Origin: Mytilus californianus
Taxonomy: Eukaryota
Direction: 5' to 3'
NCBI RefSeq assembly: GCF_021869535.1
Contig: NW_026262679.1
Coordinates: 2,170,001-2,234,000, forward strand
Length of the DNA stretch: 64,000 nt
Part shown: piece by piece, positions 22,960-33,939 of the stretch
How the letters are laid out: every line of letters begins with the position of its first letter
Position numbering within the stretch: the stretch's first letter is position 1
The notes under the pieces: model-generated
What the model was told of the DNA's origin: nothing
The model's input: the letters and a program-made list of their open reading frames with translations, nothing else
Database searches by the model: none
Translations under genes and position numbers: made by a program

Positions 22960-25198
22960 GATATGAAAAACAAAGGAGTTGGTTCACTAACTCATAATTT
23001 TGTCCCTAAAAATCTGATTTTTATTCAAAACGAAAATGTGTTGAAAATTTGAGGAAAACAAAGGGCCGATCGGGCCGATGGTTAATGATGATAAAAAAAA
23101 ACATTAATTTCAGCTATGAGAGCATACTATAATGACGTTATGTCAATATTCTTTCATTCTCTTTTCATTTTTCATTATTTCATGACGTCATTTAACAATT
23201 TCTATGACGTTAGGATGATGTCATGTAAATCAGTGTAGTATGAATTCCATAATTATGTCTATCATATTTGACTTTTGTTTATTATGAAGCACGTTAATCA
23301 AGCTGTTTTTGTTTATTTTTTTTTGAGAGGGGGGGGGGGGGGGGGGGTTGATGGTGGGTGTCTGTTGTCTGAAATGTTTCACATTTAGTCATTTTGGGAA
23401 CCTTTATCATATAACCGTATAACTTACTGGACGATGCAGGTTTTGCTCATTGTTGAAGGCCGTGCGGTGTTTACGGTTTCTTTCCACATATTAAATCATG
23501 AGATTAGGTTGAAAAAGTTGAAAATTTCCAAGAAAATGGATGAAAATAGAACCTATTTTAGGCAATATCTATATAAATATGAAGCAGATATACAACCTTT
23601 TCTTCGTTTACTTTCAAATATCAGACATTTAACAATACATACACATTAGATTTACTTTGATATTAAAAGTTTTAAAAAAAGCACCTTTACAGGGCCGTTT
23701 ATTGGGGTTCCTGGCTCTATTCCTTGAAGACCCTGTGAGTTAAAGTAATTGAGAAGTTAGCTCTTACCCTTTGCAATTTAGTATTACAATGCCTTCAACA
23801 TAAACATATAGCACTGAATAGTATTTTGATTTCAGGGGAATATGTAAAACTTTGACACAATATATTATAACCTCATCTTCCATTTTCAATGTCCCGACCA
23901 ATTTTAGATTTTGACCCTACGAGTGAAATAAGTCCAGGAAAAATTGGCCTCGTCGCTTTCAAAAACCCCCTCCTCCCCCCTTTTCTAAAAATGGAAGAAA
24001 GGGTGCATGCACATGTTTCTCAAACGCCTGTGCTTTTGGCTATTTCTGTTGTTGACCAAAAATCCTGCCAACAATTAAGTTTTGATGCTTTGTTGCTTGA
24101 AAAAAACTGGACCAACAAGTTCATGGTTATGAATGATTATTAAAATATCTTTATTGCAATTACGCAAAGTCGAAACCAACAAAACAAACCACCAATTATT
24201 CTCAATTAGTCTCAAAACCTAATAAAGACAAAAATCGTAGCAATCATATCACCTATTTTATATTTGATATAAATTAAGTAAGGCGGGAAGTACAATAATG
24301 TGCCGAGCATCGTGATAAAATTTTAAAGTAAAGATCATGCATCCTTGTTATTGAGATTGATAAAGGCTTTCCCTTCGTCGATTTAAATACTATTGATCTG
24401 ATAACCGCTGTGTAAACTTAAGGACCGGGAGTTTTCTTATCAGTTAAGTAGTAACCTCCCTTGTTAATGTGATGGTGTAATCAATCCATATATTTTTGTC
24501 ATCTTTATATTATATTTCATCGTATAATTCAAATTTGTGATTCATTTAATATTCAAAGATATAATTTTATTTTTTTTATCAAAGATAAAAACAGGGAAAA
24601 TTGAAAGTCTTTGATTCATTAATCACCTTAGTTCAATTCATAAGTCAGGCGGTATTTTTAGTCTACATTAAGTTGAAAGAACATCGGGGTAATTACAGGG
24701 ATGAAAACAAACTACGTTGGAATTATATAATATCGATGGCTTTGAAACAAGAAAGGAAAACATTGTATAATATAAAACGAGATATAATTGGAACAAAATA
24801 CAAAAATTCTTGTTTAGTGAAATCAAAAACGAAAAACGAAAACACTTTTGATTTTCATTTTGGTTTTTGAGAAATAAAAAACGAAAAATGAATACACTTT
24901 CGTTTTTCGTTTTTTGTTTTTGATATCTCAAAACTAAAAAAGAATGGACGCAAATATACACGGACCAAGAAATACTTGTGAAGTAGGACGGGTGTATCTT
25001 TGTCATTTTTGAAATTTCTTGAGAATCATAATATCACAGTAAAACTATGTCTGACACAGTGCAAGAGAACTCTTTTCGCAATATTTAAAACTTGTAAATT
25101 CTATTACATTGCGATGTGAAAAATGCTATAATACATGAAATATGCGTGACAAAATGTAATTAATGTATAAGATTACAACAGTTTTACATGGCATACCA

Positions 25199-25206
25199 TA
25201 TAAAAA
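25199..25206 (+). promoter_or_regulatory. putative TATA box of C1q copy 1
   Basis: TATAAAAA ~60 nt upstream of the ATG, conserved upstream of copies 2 (~43294) and 3 (~60645). A GC-box-like element (ggacggg/gggcggg) is also conserved in all three. Confidence 0.55.
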
Positions 25207-25259
25207 GGACAAACGAAGGAACAAAATTCATAAACTAGCGAAATATCGATACAAGGAAT

Positions 25260-27861
25260 ATGGTTTCGTCAACTCTTGTATTGTTGTTACTGTGTGCAAA
25301 CGTTGGAAAAGCATTGGAGAGTTGTAATCCAGGTAAGAATACAAATATGTAAGATATTAAAGTTTAAAGCACTGTTGTTAACAAGATGTAAGTATTGTGC
25401 GTTATTTCTGTCTTATGATACACCCGCTATAAGTATTCAATATACAAGAATTTGACGATCGGTGGGTGTGAAATATATGCTCACATAAAGCTTGATACAA
25501 AACAACAGTAAGTTCTAATTTTAGTACCAATGAAAAATGCAACGACATTTTTATAGACGAATAAAAGGAATGACAGGCGGACAAACGAACATAGGAAAAC
25601 CATTCTGACCCTTCCTTCGTTGTGATGATATAACAACTATCGTGTGCCAGAATAAAATGTCCATTCATACATCCAAGGTTGATACTGTGTGTTGATAGAG
25701 ATGTCAATGTTTGGCCTGCTCGTTCAAATCAATAAACATTGACTGGAATCCCGTATGACTCGGCTTTTCTCCTGGTATATGTTGAAATCAATCACAGACG
25801 AAATACATGCAGTGATGGTGATAGATTGTGTTGAAATCGATCACACTAGTACTTGTAAATTGTGTTGGTCCTTGCAAAAGTCTATATTGGTCATACAGCT
25901 CTTCATATGATTCGGTTCTTATACGTCCTTTGCTTTCAAATATTCGGCATTAAGCTTTCTTGATGATGGTAAAACCAGAAAAACTCTTCTGGTTAATGAA
26001 ATTTATGTAACGTCGTTTTCATATTTTTTTCAATTACGATAAAAAAAATCAAACTAGACGAGGGACATAGCTTGATATGGATTAGTTACTTGTAATTGTT
26101 TGAGATTGCATGCTTACTCTGGATGTGGACCCGTTTGTTGGCTTGTGTCTCTACTGTTAACACAAATGATGCCTCGCTTGCATATATCGTTATAAAGGGA
26201 CATAGCTCAATAACAGTAAAAGTCAGTTTTGTGGTAATAAGTATTATGTATAAGTTTCATCCGCTACGGCGGGGGCATTAAACTATTTACAGTTTCATGT
26301 TATGAATCCTTGTTATATTAGCACATACTTCATGACATTCTTTTTGTAACAAATCAGTCAAAAAGATAAAAACAAAAATAAAAACAGATGAAACTAATAA
26401 TTCATAAATCGTCGTATGTAGCATGTCAAAATTGTGTTTGTTCTTGCTAGTATGTTTATATTGTTTGTCTGGTTCGTTTAAGTAAAATTATGTGTCTGCC
26501 TATCGTTTGTAAAAAAAATACTTTTGCTGGCGTGTTCATAATCATATTAAGTCGAATATCATTTGTAAAACTGTTCCAAGGCAATAATGTTTGTAAAATG
26601 CTTATGTACATTGTACTTTAGGAAAGACAACATGCGTGACAGAGGACCTTCTGCATATGATTATGAGAGCTGTACCTACTATAAATGATTCCAATTCAAA
26701 GACTGGTAAGTCAAGCTTAAAGTTAACACAATATTCTGATAGAAAAAGTTAAAAAAAAAAGTTATTTTCTAATGACAAGATCAACAATAAATGTTATCAC
26801 ACATATTTTATTAGGACCATTTTGTTTTATTGGAACTGAGCTGTGGTATAAAATGATTATGTTAGACAAACATTTTAACCATATATAGATTTAGGAAGAT
26901 GTGGTATGAGTGCCAATGAGACAACTCTCCATCCAAGTTACAATTTATAAAAGTAAACCATTATAGGTCAAGGTACGGCCTTCAACATGGAGCATTGGCT
27001 CACACCGAACAGCAAGCTATAAAGGGCCCCAAAAAAATTACTAGTGTAAAACCATTCAAACGGAAAAACCAACGGTCTAATCTATATAAAAACGAGAAAC
27101 GAGAAACACGTATGAACTACAGAAACAGACGACTACTACTGTAATCAGATTCTTGACTTAGGACAGGTGCAAACATTTGCAGCGGGATTAAACGTTTTAA
27201 TGGTACCAAACCTTCTCCCTTTTCTGAAACAATAGTATAACCTCACAACATAGAAAAACACACTATAAAATATCTTTGGGTTAAATAAACCATATTAACG
27301 TTTTAACTCATTTTCTTAAATTAGTCATTTTCTACTTTTATCAAAATAAATTAACTCAAACAACAGACGTTCCCCCTAAAATAAATCTCAATGAAACCGA
27401 ATAAAACGAATGTGCATTAATGCAAAAGGATTATGATAGACATTGTTTTTCAATTGTTAGATCTCGAACGAAGACCAACATTTTTTGCATCGTTAAAAGC
27501 ACCTCAGCAAACTCTGTCTGATATTAAGGATATTGTGAAGTTTGATGACGCAAAGATTAATATTGGAGGTGGATACGACTCTACAACTGGAATATTTACT
27601 GCTCCACGAAATGGAATCTACATATTCTCTTGTACTATTGTGAGTGTTGGTGGCGGTGATGTTCAATTCCAGCTTAACAAGAACAACCATTTCTATACAG
27701 GAGGGTATGCCACTAGAACGAATTATGGAGGTCAAACGGTGTACTCTATCGTCGAGCTAAGGACAGGAGATAAAGTGTATATTAAACACAGAACTGGTTC
27801 ATTACAGAAAGTGTCTGGAAATCACCACTCCACATTTTCCGGTTATCTTTTGTCTAAGTAA
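25260..27861 (+). CDS. secreted globular C1q-domain-containing protein, copy 1 (3 exons, ~185 aa, intact)
   Basis: Exons 25260-25332 (MVSSTLVLLLLCANVGKALESCNP, signal peptide), 26622-26705 and 27461-27861, with GT-AG phase-1 introns. gC1q motifs: F.A, VKFD..INIGGGYD..TGIFTAP.NGIYIFS, L..GD.VY, STFSGYLL. Confidence 0.93.
26884..27273 (-). mobile_element. family B repeat in C1q-1 intron 2, includes twister motif
   Basis: Longest family B copy in the window, matching 1-247 and 52299-52537. Confidence 0.88.
27145..27227 (-). ncRNA. type-P5 (circularly permuted) twister ribozyme-like motif
   Basis: UCAGA aaa GGGA GA AGG ... U^AA UCCC GC UGCA-aauguu-UGCA CCUG U CCU AA GU CAAG A a UCUGA. P2, P3, P5, T1 and T2 all pair, with one P4 mismatch. 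Confidence 0.75.
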
Positions 27862-28475
27862 TAACATTTACTGTTCTCAATATAATAGTAACATTTTCAG
27901 TACTAAACATACTATTTTAATTTTGAAATAACACGTACCTAATTATTAAAAATTGATCTATTGATTATCGAATAAAAATTTAACAATGGTTCATGGTTTT
28001 GAATTTTAATCTTATAGGGGTTGAAATCTTTTCTACCTTTTAGTGGCATGGACCAGAACTGCAGTAATCAAGTAATTTTTTAGTACTGATACAAAAAATG
28101 TCTTTACAGGCTTTATAATTAGGCATATTGTGTATGTTGCAGTGTTTTCTTTTGAAATTTGCGATTTGATTACTTTCATACAAGAATTCAAAAGTGTGAG
28201 ATATACATTCCACGAGTGCCCTGTTTGAACGAAACAGTTTTCTTAATTTTATTGAAATATATGTTATCATTATGAATGTGACTGTTCACTAATGTGTCAT
28301 AACAAACAAAATCCACTATCTAAAAATTGAAATTAAGGATACCACTTGCTTTTATTTTGGTCATTTCGTCTGATGTTGTGATGTAAAAGTCGAAAACTCA
28401 AAATTAATGTAGCAAGAACTTATTCTAACAAATTGAATTTACTTTAGAATACTTTGTTTCATATTCTAAGCATTC

Positions 28476-28655
28476 CAGAGCCCCTGAAATTACCCCTGGT
28501 ATTTGGTGGGGTTCTTGTTGATCAATCTTTCTTTTTCTATGTTTTATTTTGTAAAATGTTTGTCTTTTGGTCATTTTTTGTTTTAGCAATGGCATTGTCA
28601 GTTCGTTTTCGAAATCTTAGTTTGATTATCCCTTGGTATCTTCCGCCTTTCTTCT
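28476..28655 (+). mobile_element. degenerate Naiad-type 3' UTR fragment
   Basis: Similar to 10378-10560. Confidence 0.75.
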
Positions 28656-28948
28656 AAGAAAACAGAGCTTTTGACACCAAAACAGGAGATTTAAAGTAAA
28701 ATAATCTGCAATTTTGTTTAAAGAATAATCATAATCAAATTGGTTTCATCCCATACTTCAAACAAGGTTTCAGGACTAAATATTAAAATGTATTAAAAGC
28801 CTCTGGTATGACAATAAAGGATAACTCTTTTCTACAGACATTTACATAACTGCAGATAGTGAAATACCAAAAGGGATCATATTAATGATCTTCTATTTAA
28901 AAACTATTAAAGATAAACAGGCTTATAGTTTTGTACATCTGACACACA

Positions 28949-28975
28949 ATTCGTCTACAAAAGACTCATCAGTGG
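28949..28975 (-). ncRNA. degenerate minimal hammerhead core (PLE-type); paralog at 47000-47026
   Basis: Minus strand CTGATGA GTC ttttgta GAC GAAT. The GAAA is mutated and there is no stem III. Confidence 0.45.
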
Positions 28976-30310
28976 AACTCTTTCAAAAACAAAGTTGAAA
29001 AGCATTGAAAACCTAAATGTTTGAAAAGTTGTACCCTGATTAAAGACATGATAGTTTCTGTATATTGTAAGAAATTCATATCTCAAGGTACCCATTAAGG
29101 TGAGACATTGTATCTTCGACAAAATTTATTAATTAAAGACTTTCTATTGTTGTAAGTGTTTTTTTCAAATAAAGTATGAACATCCTGTGCACAGACATTT
29201 TTTAACGACAAACAAATCATGAGGTCTGTGAAACTTTCTGAAATTTGAGTACTCGTTCGGAAAAACATCTACAAAATGAACAAACAAAATTAAACTCATT
29301 TTACGTATTGTTGGCCGTTGTCTAATCGACGTAAAACCCTCAACATTATTACCTAGGACTAGACTATAGCCAAGGAATTTTATACCATAATAAATAGCTC
29401 ATTTATTACGTGTTCTAATTATGTAAACTGGCAATTAGCTTATCAATTAATTGATAAATTCTATAGAAAAAAGATTACTCAAACTGGGAATCGTAAACAA
29501 ACACATTTTATAATTATCAAAGGGGTGATAATTAGAACTTACAGATGCCTTTAACCATTCTATGAAGGTCGACACAGGGTGCCAAGAACGCATTTGTTCT
29601 TACTTAATTTTATCGTATCAACTTTTTCTGGGAAGAGTCGATTTCTCAACTTTGTTACGAAACTAACAGTCCTGTTGATGAAAATATTTTCTCTGACGAT
29701 ACAGAGATGGTGGAATGACTAAGACACGATTAGCTAAAAGTGGAAGCCTTGGAAAGTTGCTCTTGTTCATAGCTTACCTCTTTTCAAAGGAATTTTAAAT
29801 CACAATTAAACACAAACATTCGAAAAGTATTCTAATTTTGATTAATAGCTAATTTCCTGGGAGGCGCTCTTGATAAAAAAATCTTTAAAAGGCAACATCA
29901 TTCTAACAGGAAACCGATTACTCGAGTATCATTTTGATATTCGATACTCGGTACTACAGAGCAATACTTGAATACTCAAGAACTTGTGACATCTCTAATA
30001 AATATAGAAGGTGTGCAATGTGCAATGTGAAAAATGAAATCCAATCTTTCAAAACTAACTAGATTATTCTTAATTTAAAATTTGATGTGATAGATGCATA
30101 AAATTTTAATGTGATAGTGGAAGGGCATCATACATTTAGTCAGTTGTTAAGCTTCAAGAACAGTTTCCCTGTTATTCACGAGAAGCCCCATCAAGAAGTC
30201 TGCTTCAGAGAATAAGAAATAGATTTCTGTCAAAGTTGGTCATGTGTCAGATGCTGGTTGTACTATAACACTTTTAACCTTTTTATCTCAATGACAATGT
30301 AAACAAATCT

Positions 30311-30712
30311 TCTGACATCAGACTCGGACTTCTCTTGAACTGAATTTTAATGTGCGTATTGTTATGCGTTTACTTTTCTACATTGGCTAGAGGTATAGGG
30401 GGAGGGTTGAGATCTCATAAACATGTTTAACTCCGCCGCATTTTTGCGCCTGTCCCAAGTCAGAAGCCTCTAGCCTTTGTTAGTCTTGTATTATTTTTAA
30501 TTTTAGTTTCTTGTGTACAATTTGGAGTTTAGTATGGCGTTCATTATCACTGAACTAGTATATATATTTGTTTAGGGGCCAGCTGAAGGACGCCTCCGGG
30601 TGCGGGAATTTCTCGCTGCATTGAAGACCTGTTGGTGACCTTCTGCTGTTGTCTGTTCTATGGTCGGGTTGTTGTCTCTTTGACACATCCCCCATTTCCA
30701 TTCTCAATTTTA
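30311..30712 (+). mobile_element. dispersed retroelement-tail repeat (family A) carrying a type-P5 twister motif
   Basis: GC-richer block in an AT-rich background. Shares the CCTGT.C.AAGTCAG core and the 3' GTTGTCTC(T/A)TTG(A/G)CA motif with families B and C. Confidence 0.75.
30385..30475 (+). ncRNA. type-P5 twister ribozyme-like motif (best copy)
   Basis: P5 GGCUAGAGG(U)/(G)CCUCUAGCC; P2 GGGG/CUCC; GA GGG with CCC (T1); U^AA at 30428/30429; GC with GU (T2); P3 CGCA/UGCG; P4 CCUG/CAGA (1 mismatch); L4 UCCCAAGU. Confidence 0.8.
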
Positions 30713-32991
30713 AATATGTCTTAAAAGAAAAACATTTTGAGCTGCTAAAGTGTATGTTGTCTAAATGATGTTTATATATCTATTTGTGTGAAGATGTAAT
30801 CACACATTTACAGCACTCTTCAACATTTTGATGTTAACCAGAATATCACAATGTAAGATCTTTATTACCATCTTTGACAAAAGTGTGCATTCACTGTCAA
30901 CAATTATGTAACAATAAATATAATAGAAATCTATTGGAAAATATTACATATATTTATTATTCTGTAACTTCCATGTAGGAAATCAATTATTTGTTCTTTT
31001 ACTCACAAATAAAAGGATATGTTCTAATTTCCTGACTACAACTGCTCTGGATGTCCAAAAGTTACAATAGCATATGTGCTCATTTCTTTAAATAAACTGT
31101 ACTGACTTTCAAAAATTTGCCTTGGATACAAAGTTAATGCTTTATAAACACTTTATAACAAATTAAAAAAAAAAGATATGCAAGCAAATTAACGATGTTC
31201 ATTTATCTTGATTTCCAGAAGAATTTTCACTTCATTTCTATATTACTGAATATCAATCCTAAATAAAGTATCTAAAATAAAACATTATATCTAAATCATT
31301 AGAACTTCAAACTGTTACCTTCCAATTAGGTTGAACATTTAAACCAGTTAAATTGAGGATAATATGGAGTCCCACTATTACTTCAACCATGCAATGAATG
31401 TAAGTTTAAATGTTAACAAATAATATTACAAACAAAAGTATCAAAAATATAAATCATATCTACAAATATATATGTACACTCAGCAGTTATTCCATACTAT
31501 CATTGCTTAGTAACACGCTTTCTTGTCTACGATTAATTTACACAAAATAGTACTTATATATATTTAACCAACAGTATACAAAAACTTCAATAAATATTGT
31601 TAATCAATATGACAGAAACAAATTCAAAAAGCACAAAAAGATAAAAAAGATATAGTCAGACCTAAATAAATGTAAATGTTTTTAATTAAAAAACATACAT
31701 AACAACATTGTTATAGTCCATCAAAACACCAGCTATGGCCTACTCGCATGTTGGCCAGAAAATAATTAAGAATAATTTGGGTACTTTTATACAAAAAAAA
31801 CAAGAATTATTCTTTTGTTATAGAAAAATTCTATTTGATAGTTTGATTGGATGGAAAACTATTATTAGATAATTGAGGTTGATAGCAAAAGTTTCAAACC
31901 AACCGACATTATTCCGTTGGTTTATTTAGCTACATTCAATTAAATCAAAAATGTATAGATGATAACCCAATAAAAACATTGAAATTAGAATAGTCAGATA
32001 TATATATTTTTATCTTTGTAAAGATTTACAATTTTATCTATCACCTGTAAGTCCTCCCATATCTATGGTTAAACTATACAATATAAATCGTTTATAAATG
32101 CAACCAGGAGATGCCAATATACAATGTTCTGTTAAGAACTATGAGCAAGTTTGACCTTCTAATGGCCTTGTTTTCTGGTGGTTTGCAAACTAATCTGTTA
32201 GTGATGTTATTCAACTTGGTCACTTTTTTCATGCTATTGCATTACTGAAGAGAAAATTGGAGGGAAATTTGAAATTGTACCAATCAGAGAACAAGTAAAT
32301 CAGAAATTGACCATAAAAAACCAGCCAGTTGAGAAATGTTTTTATCAGCTTAAGGTATTTAGAAGTATAGAAGTTCATCTGTATAAAAGTACATGTATAT
32401 GGATTAACAGGCAAGATCACAAATAAACAATCACATACGTTTACTGACAATAGATATACTCTGTAAAATATATCAAGAAACCCTTAGAAATCCTTCTTTT
32501 GCTTTTAGTACAAAAATTGGTGTCAAAAGACATGTGATTGTAATTATTCTGTATACTACTTTAAACATACTACACACTTCAATCACCATTGAAAACACAA
32601 CCTTAGCTAGAGTTAAACATTCGTTAAGTGCTGTTCTAAGGTCAAACTTGCTAATATTTCTGAACAGAATTTGTTAACATCTAAACAAATCACACGGAAA
32701 TTTTGTTATCACAGGGTAGGTTTTTTCGTAGAGGATGTTCTCTGGTAACTTGATTCATTTCTTATGGTTTCTCAAATTATTAAAACTTCTGCATTTGCTG
32801 TTATACATGTTAAAATGTAGAAATTAATATTTGTTTTATGAAATAAAAGTTCCTCCTTGCATATTCTCATCTTAACAAAGTCTTGACAAAATAGTGTATC
32901 AACCCCTTTGTGAAGGTTATAAATTGATTAATTTTCTTGTTGCTAATGAATCAATTCCTAGAATTAAGCTGCATGTATTAAATAAACTGTT

Positions 32992-33457
32992 AACACAGAG
33001 ATATGTCTCGTCTTTTTTGTTATTTTGAGAGTAAAATGCAATTGTTGAAATAAATATAGCAATAAGTTACATGTAAGTTGTGCAAAATGTTTAAAGTCAA
33101 TGAACCATGACTGAAGGTAAAGGGCCAAACAATCTCAATCGAAATGAGATGTGTCAACGCTAATACAACTGCATACTAATATCATTGACCTAGCACTTGT
33201 GGCTCCCCATAAACTGACCTAATCACAAACTAATACATGTAAACTAAGCAAGTTTCAAAGTCAATAGACCATGACTGAGGGGGTTGGACCAAATAATCTG
33301 CATGGAAATTAGTCCTACCAATGATAATACAACTGCATACCAATATAGTTGACCTAATCAAAAACTAATACATTGTTGACGCCGACCCGCCTCCGCCGCT
33401 GTCAGAAACATCATACCTATGTCTCGCTTTTTAACTAGGTAAAGGCTAGACAAAAAA
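32992..33457 (+). mobile_element. Helentron-associated non-autonomous element (HINE-like) with two ~163-bp core repeats
   Basis: ATGTCTCG near both ends; tandem cores start at ~33094 and ~33257; GACGCC/CCG microsatellite; terminal imperfect hairpin gtctcgc..gctagac followed by an A-run. Confidence 0.65.
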
Positions 33458-33939
33458 TGATATATGTGTATATAATCAAAACGAATCAACATAAATTTAT
33501 TACTTTTGAAGTACATTTATTATACATTTAGATTTTTTTAGAAAATTAGTTCTTAATAACAAATATCTAATTGCATTTATAGATAAAATTTAAACCACTT
33601 ATGTAGTACACAAATATAATAAATAATGTTATAATGATACAAGTGACGGTCCTTCATTCTGAAAAATAGATGAGGAGAACTTAAGTTTTAAAGCTGAATG
33701 CCTGAGATTAAATCAGAAAATATATTTTACTTGACCCTGGTGGCATATATCAATCATGTTTCTTAATGTCACTTAGCTCTTTATTTTTATAATTGTTTTA
33801 AACTTTGACCTCAAGTTGAACAATTAAAAGTTTAACGTGAATTAAACACATGTCCAATGTATGATAAGAAAATGACTAATTATAATGTTCTATGATATTG
33901 AATTTTTTTTTTAATTCTTTAAATTCATATGAAACATCA

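Larger units (their letters stand above)
5170..25200. repeat. segmental duplication unit 1 (TLR-A upstream block + spacer + TLR-B + intergenic), heavily TE-interrupted; continues through C1q-1 to ~29300
   Basis: Collinear homology: 5170-7080 ~ 47277-49550 ~ 34675-35760; 8330-8730 ~ 35930-36250 ~ 49880-50260; 11220-11740 ~ 36260-36700 ~ 50455-50980; 14305-14420 ~ 41276-41390. Confidence 0.85.

Noticed and set aside
25680-25880. Possible coding remnant on the minus strand in C1q intron 1 (paralog ~43740-43930)
   Set aside because: Translations contain stops and no motif I can identify.
32121-32670. ~35-bp inverted repeat pair (32125-32160 / 32637-32670)
   Set aside because: Too short and degenerate, with no TSD, to call a MITE or a functional structure.
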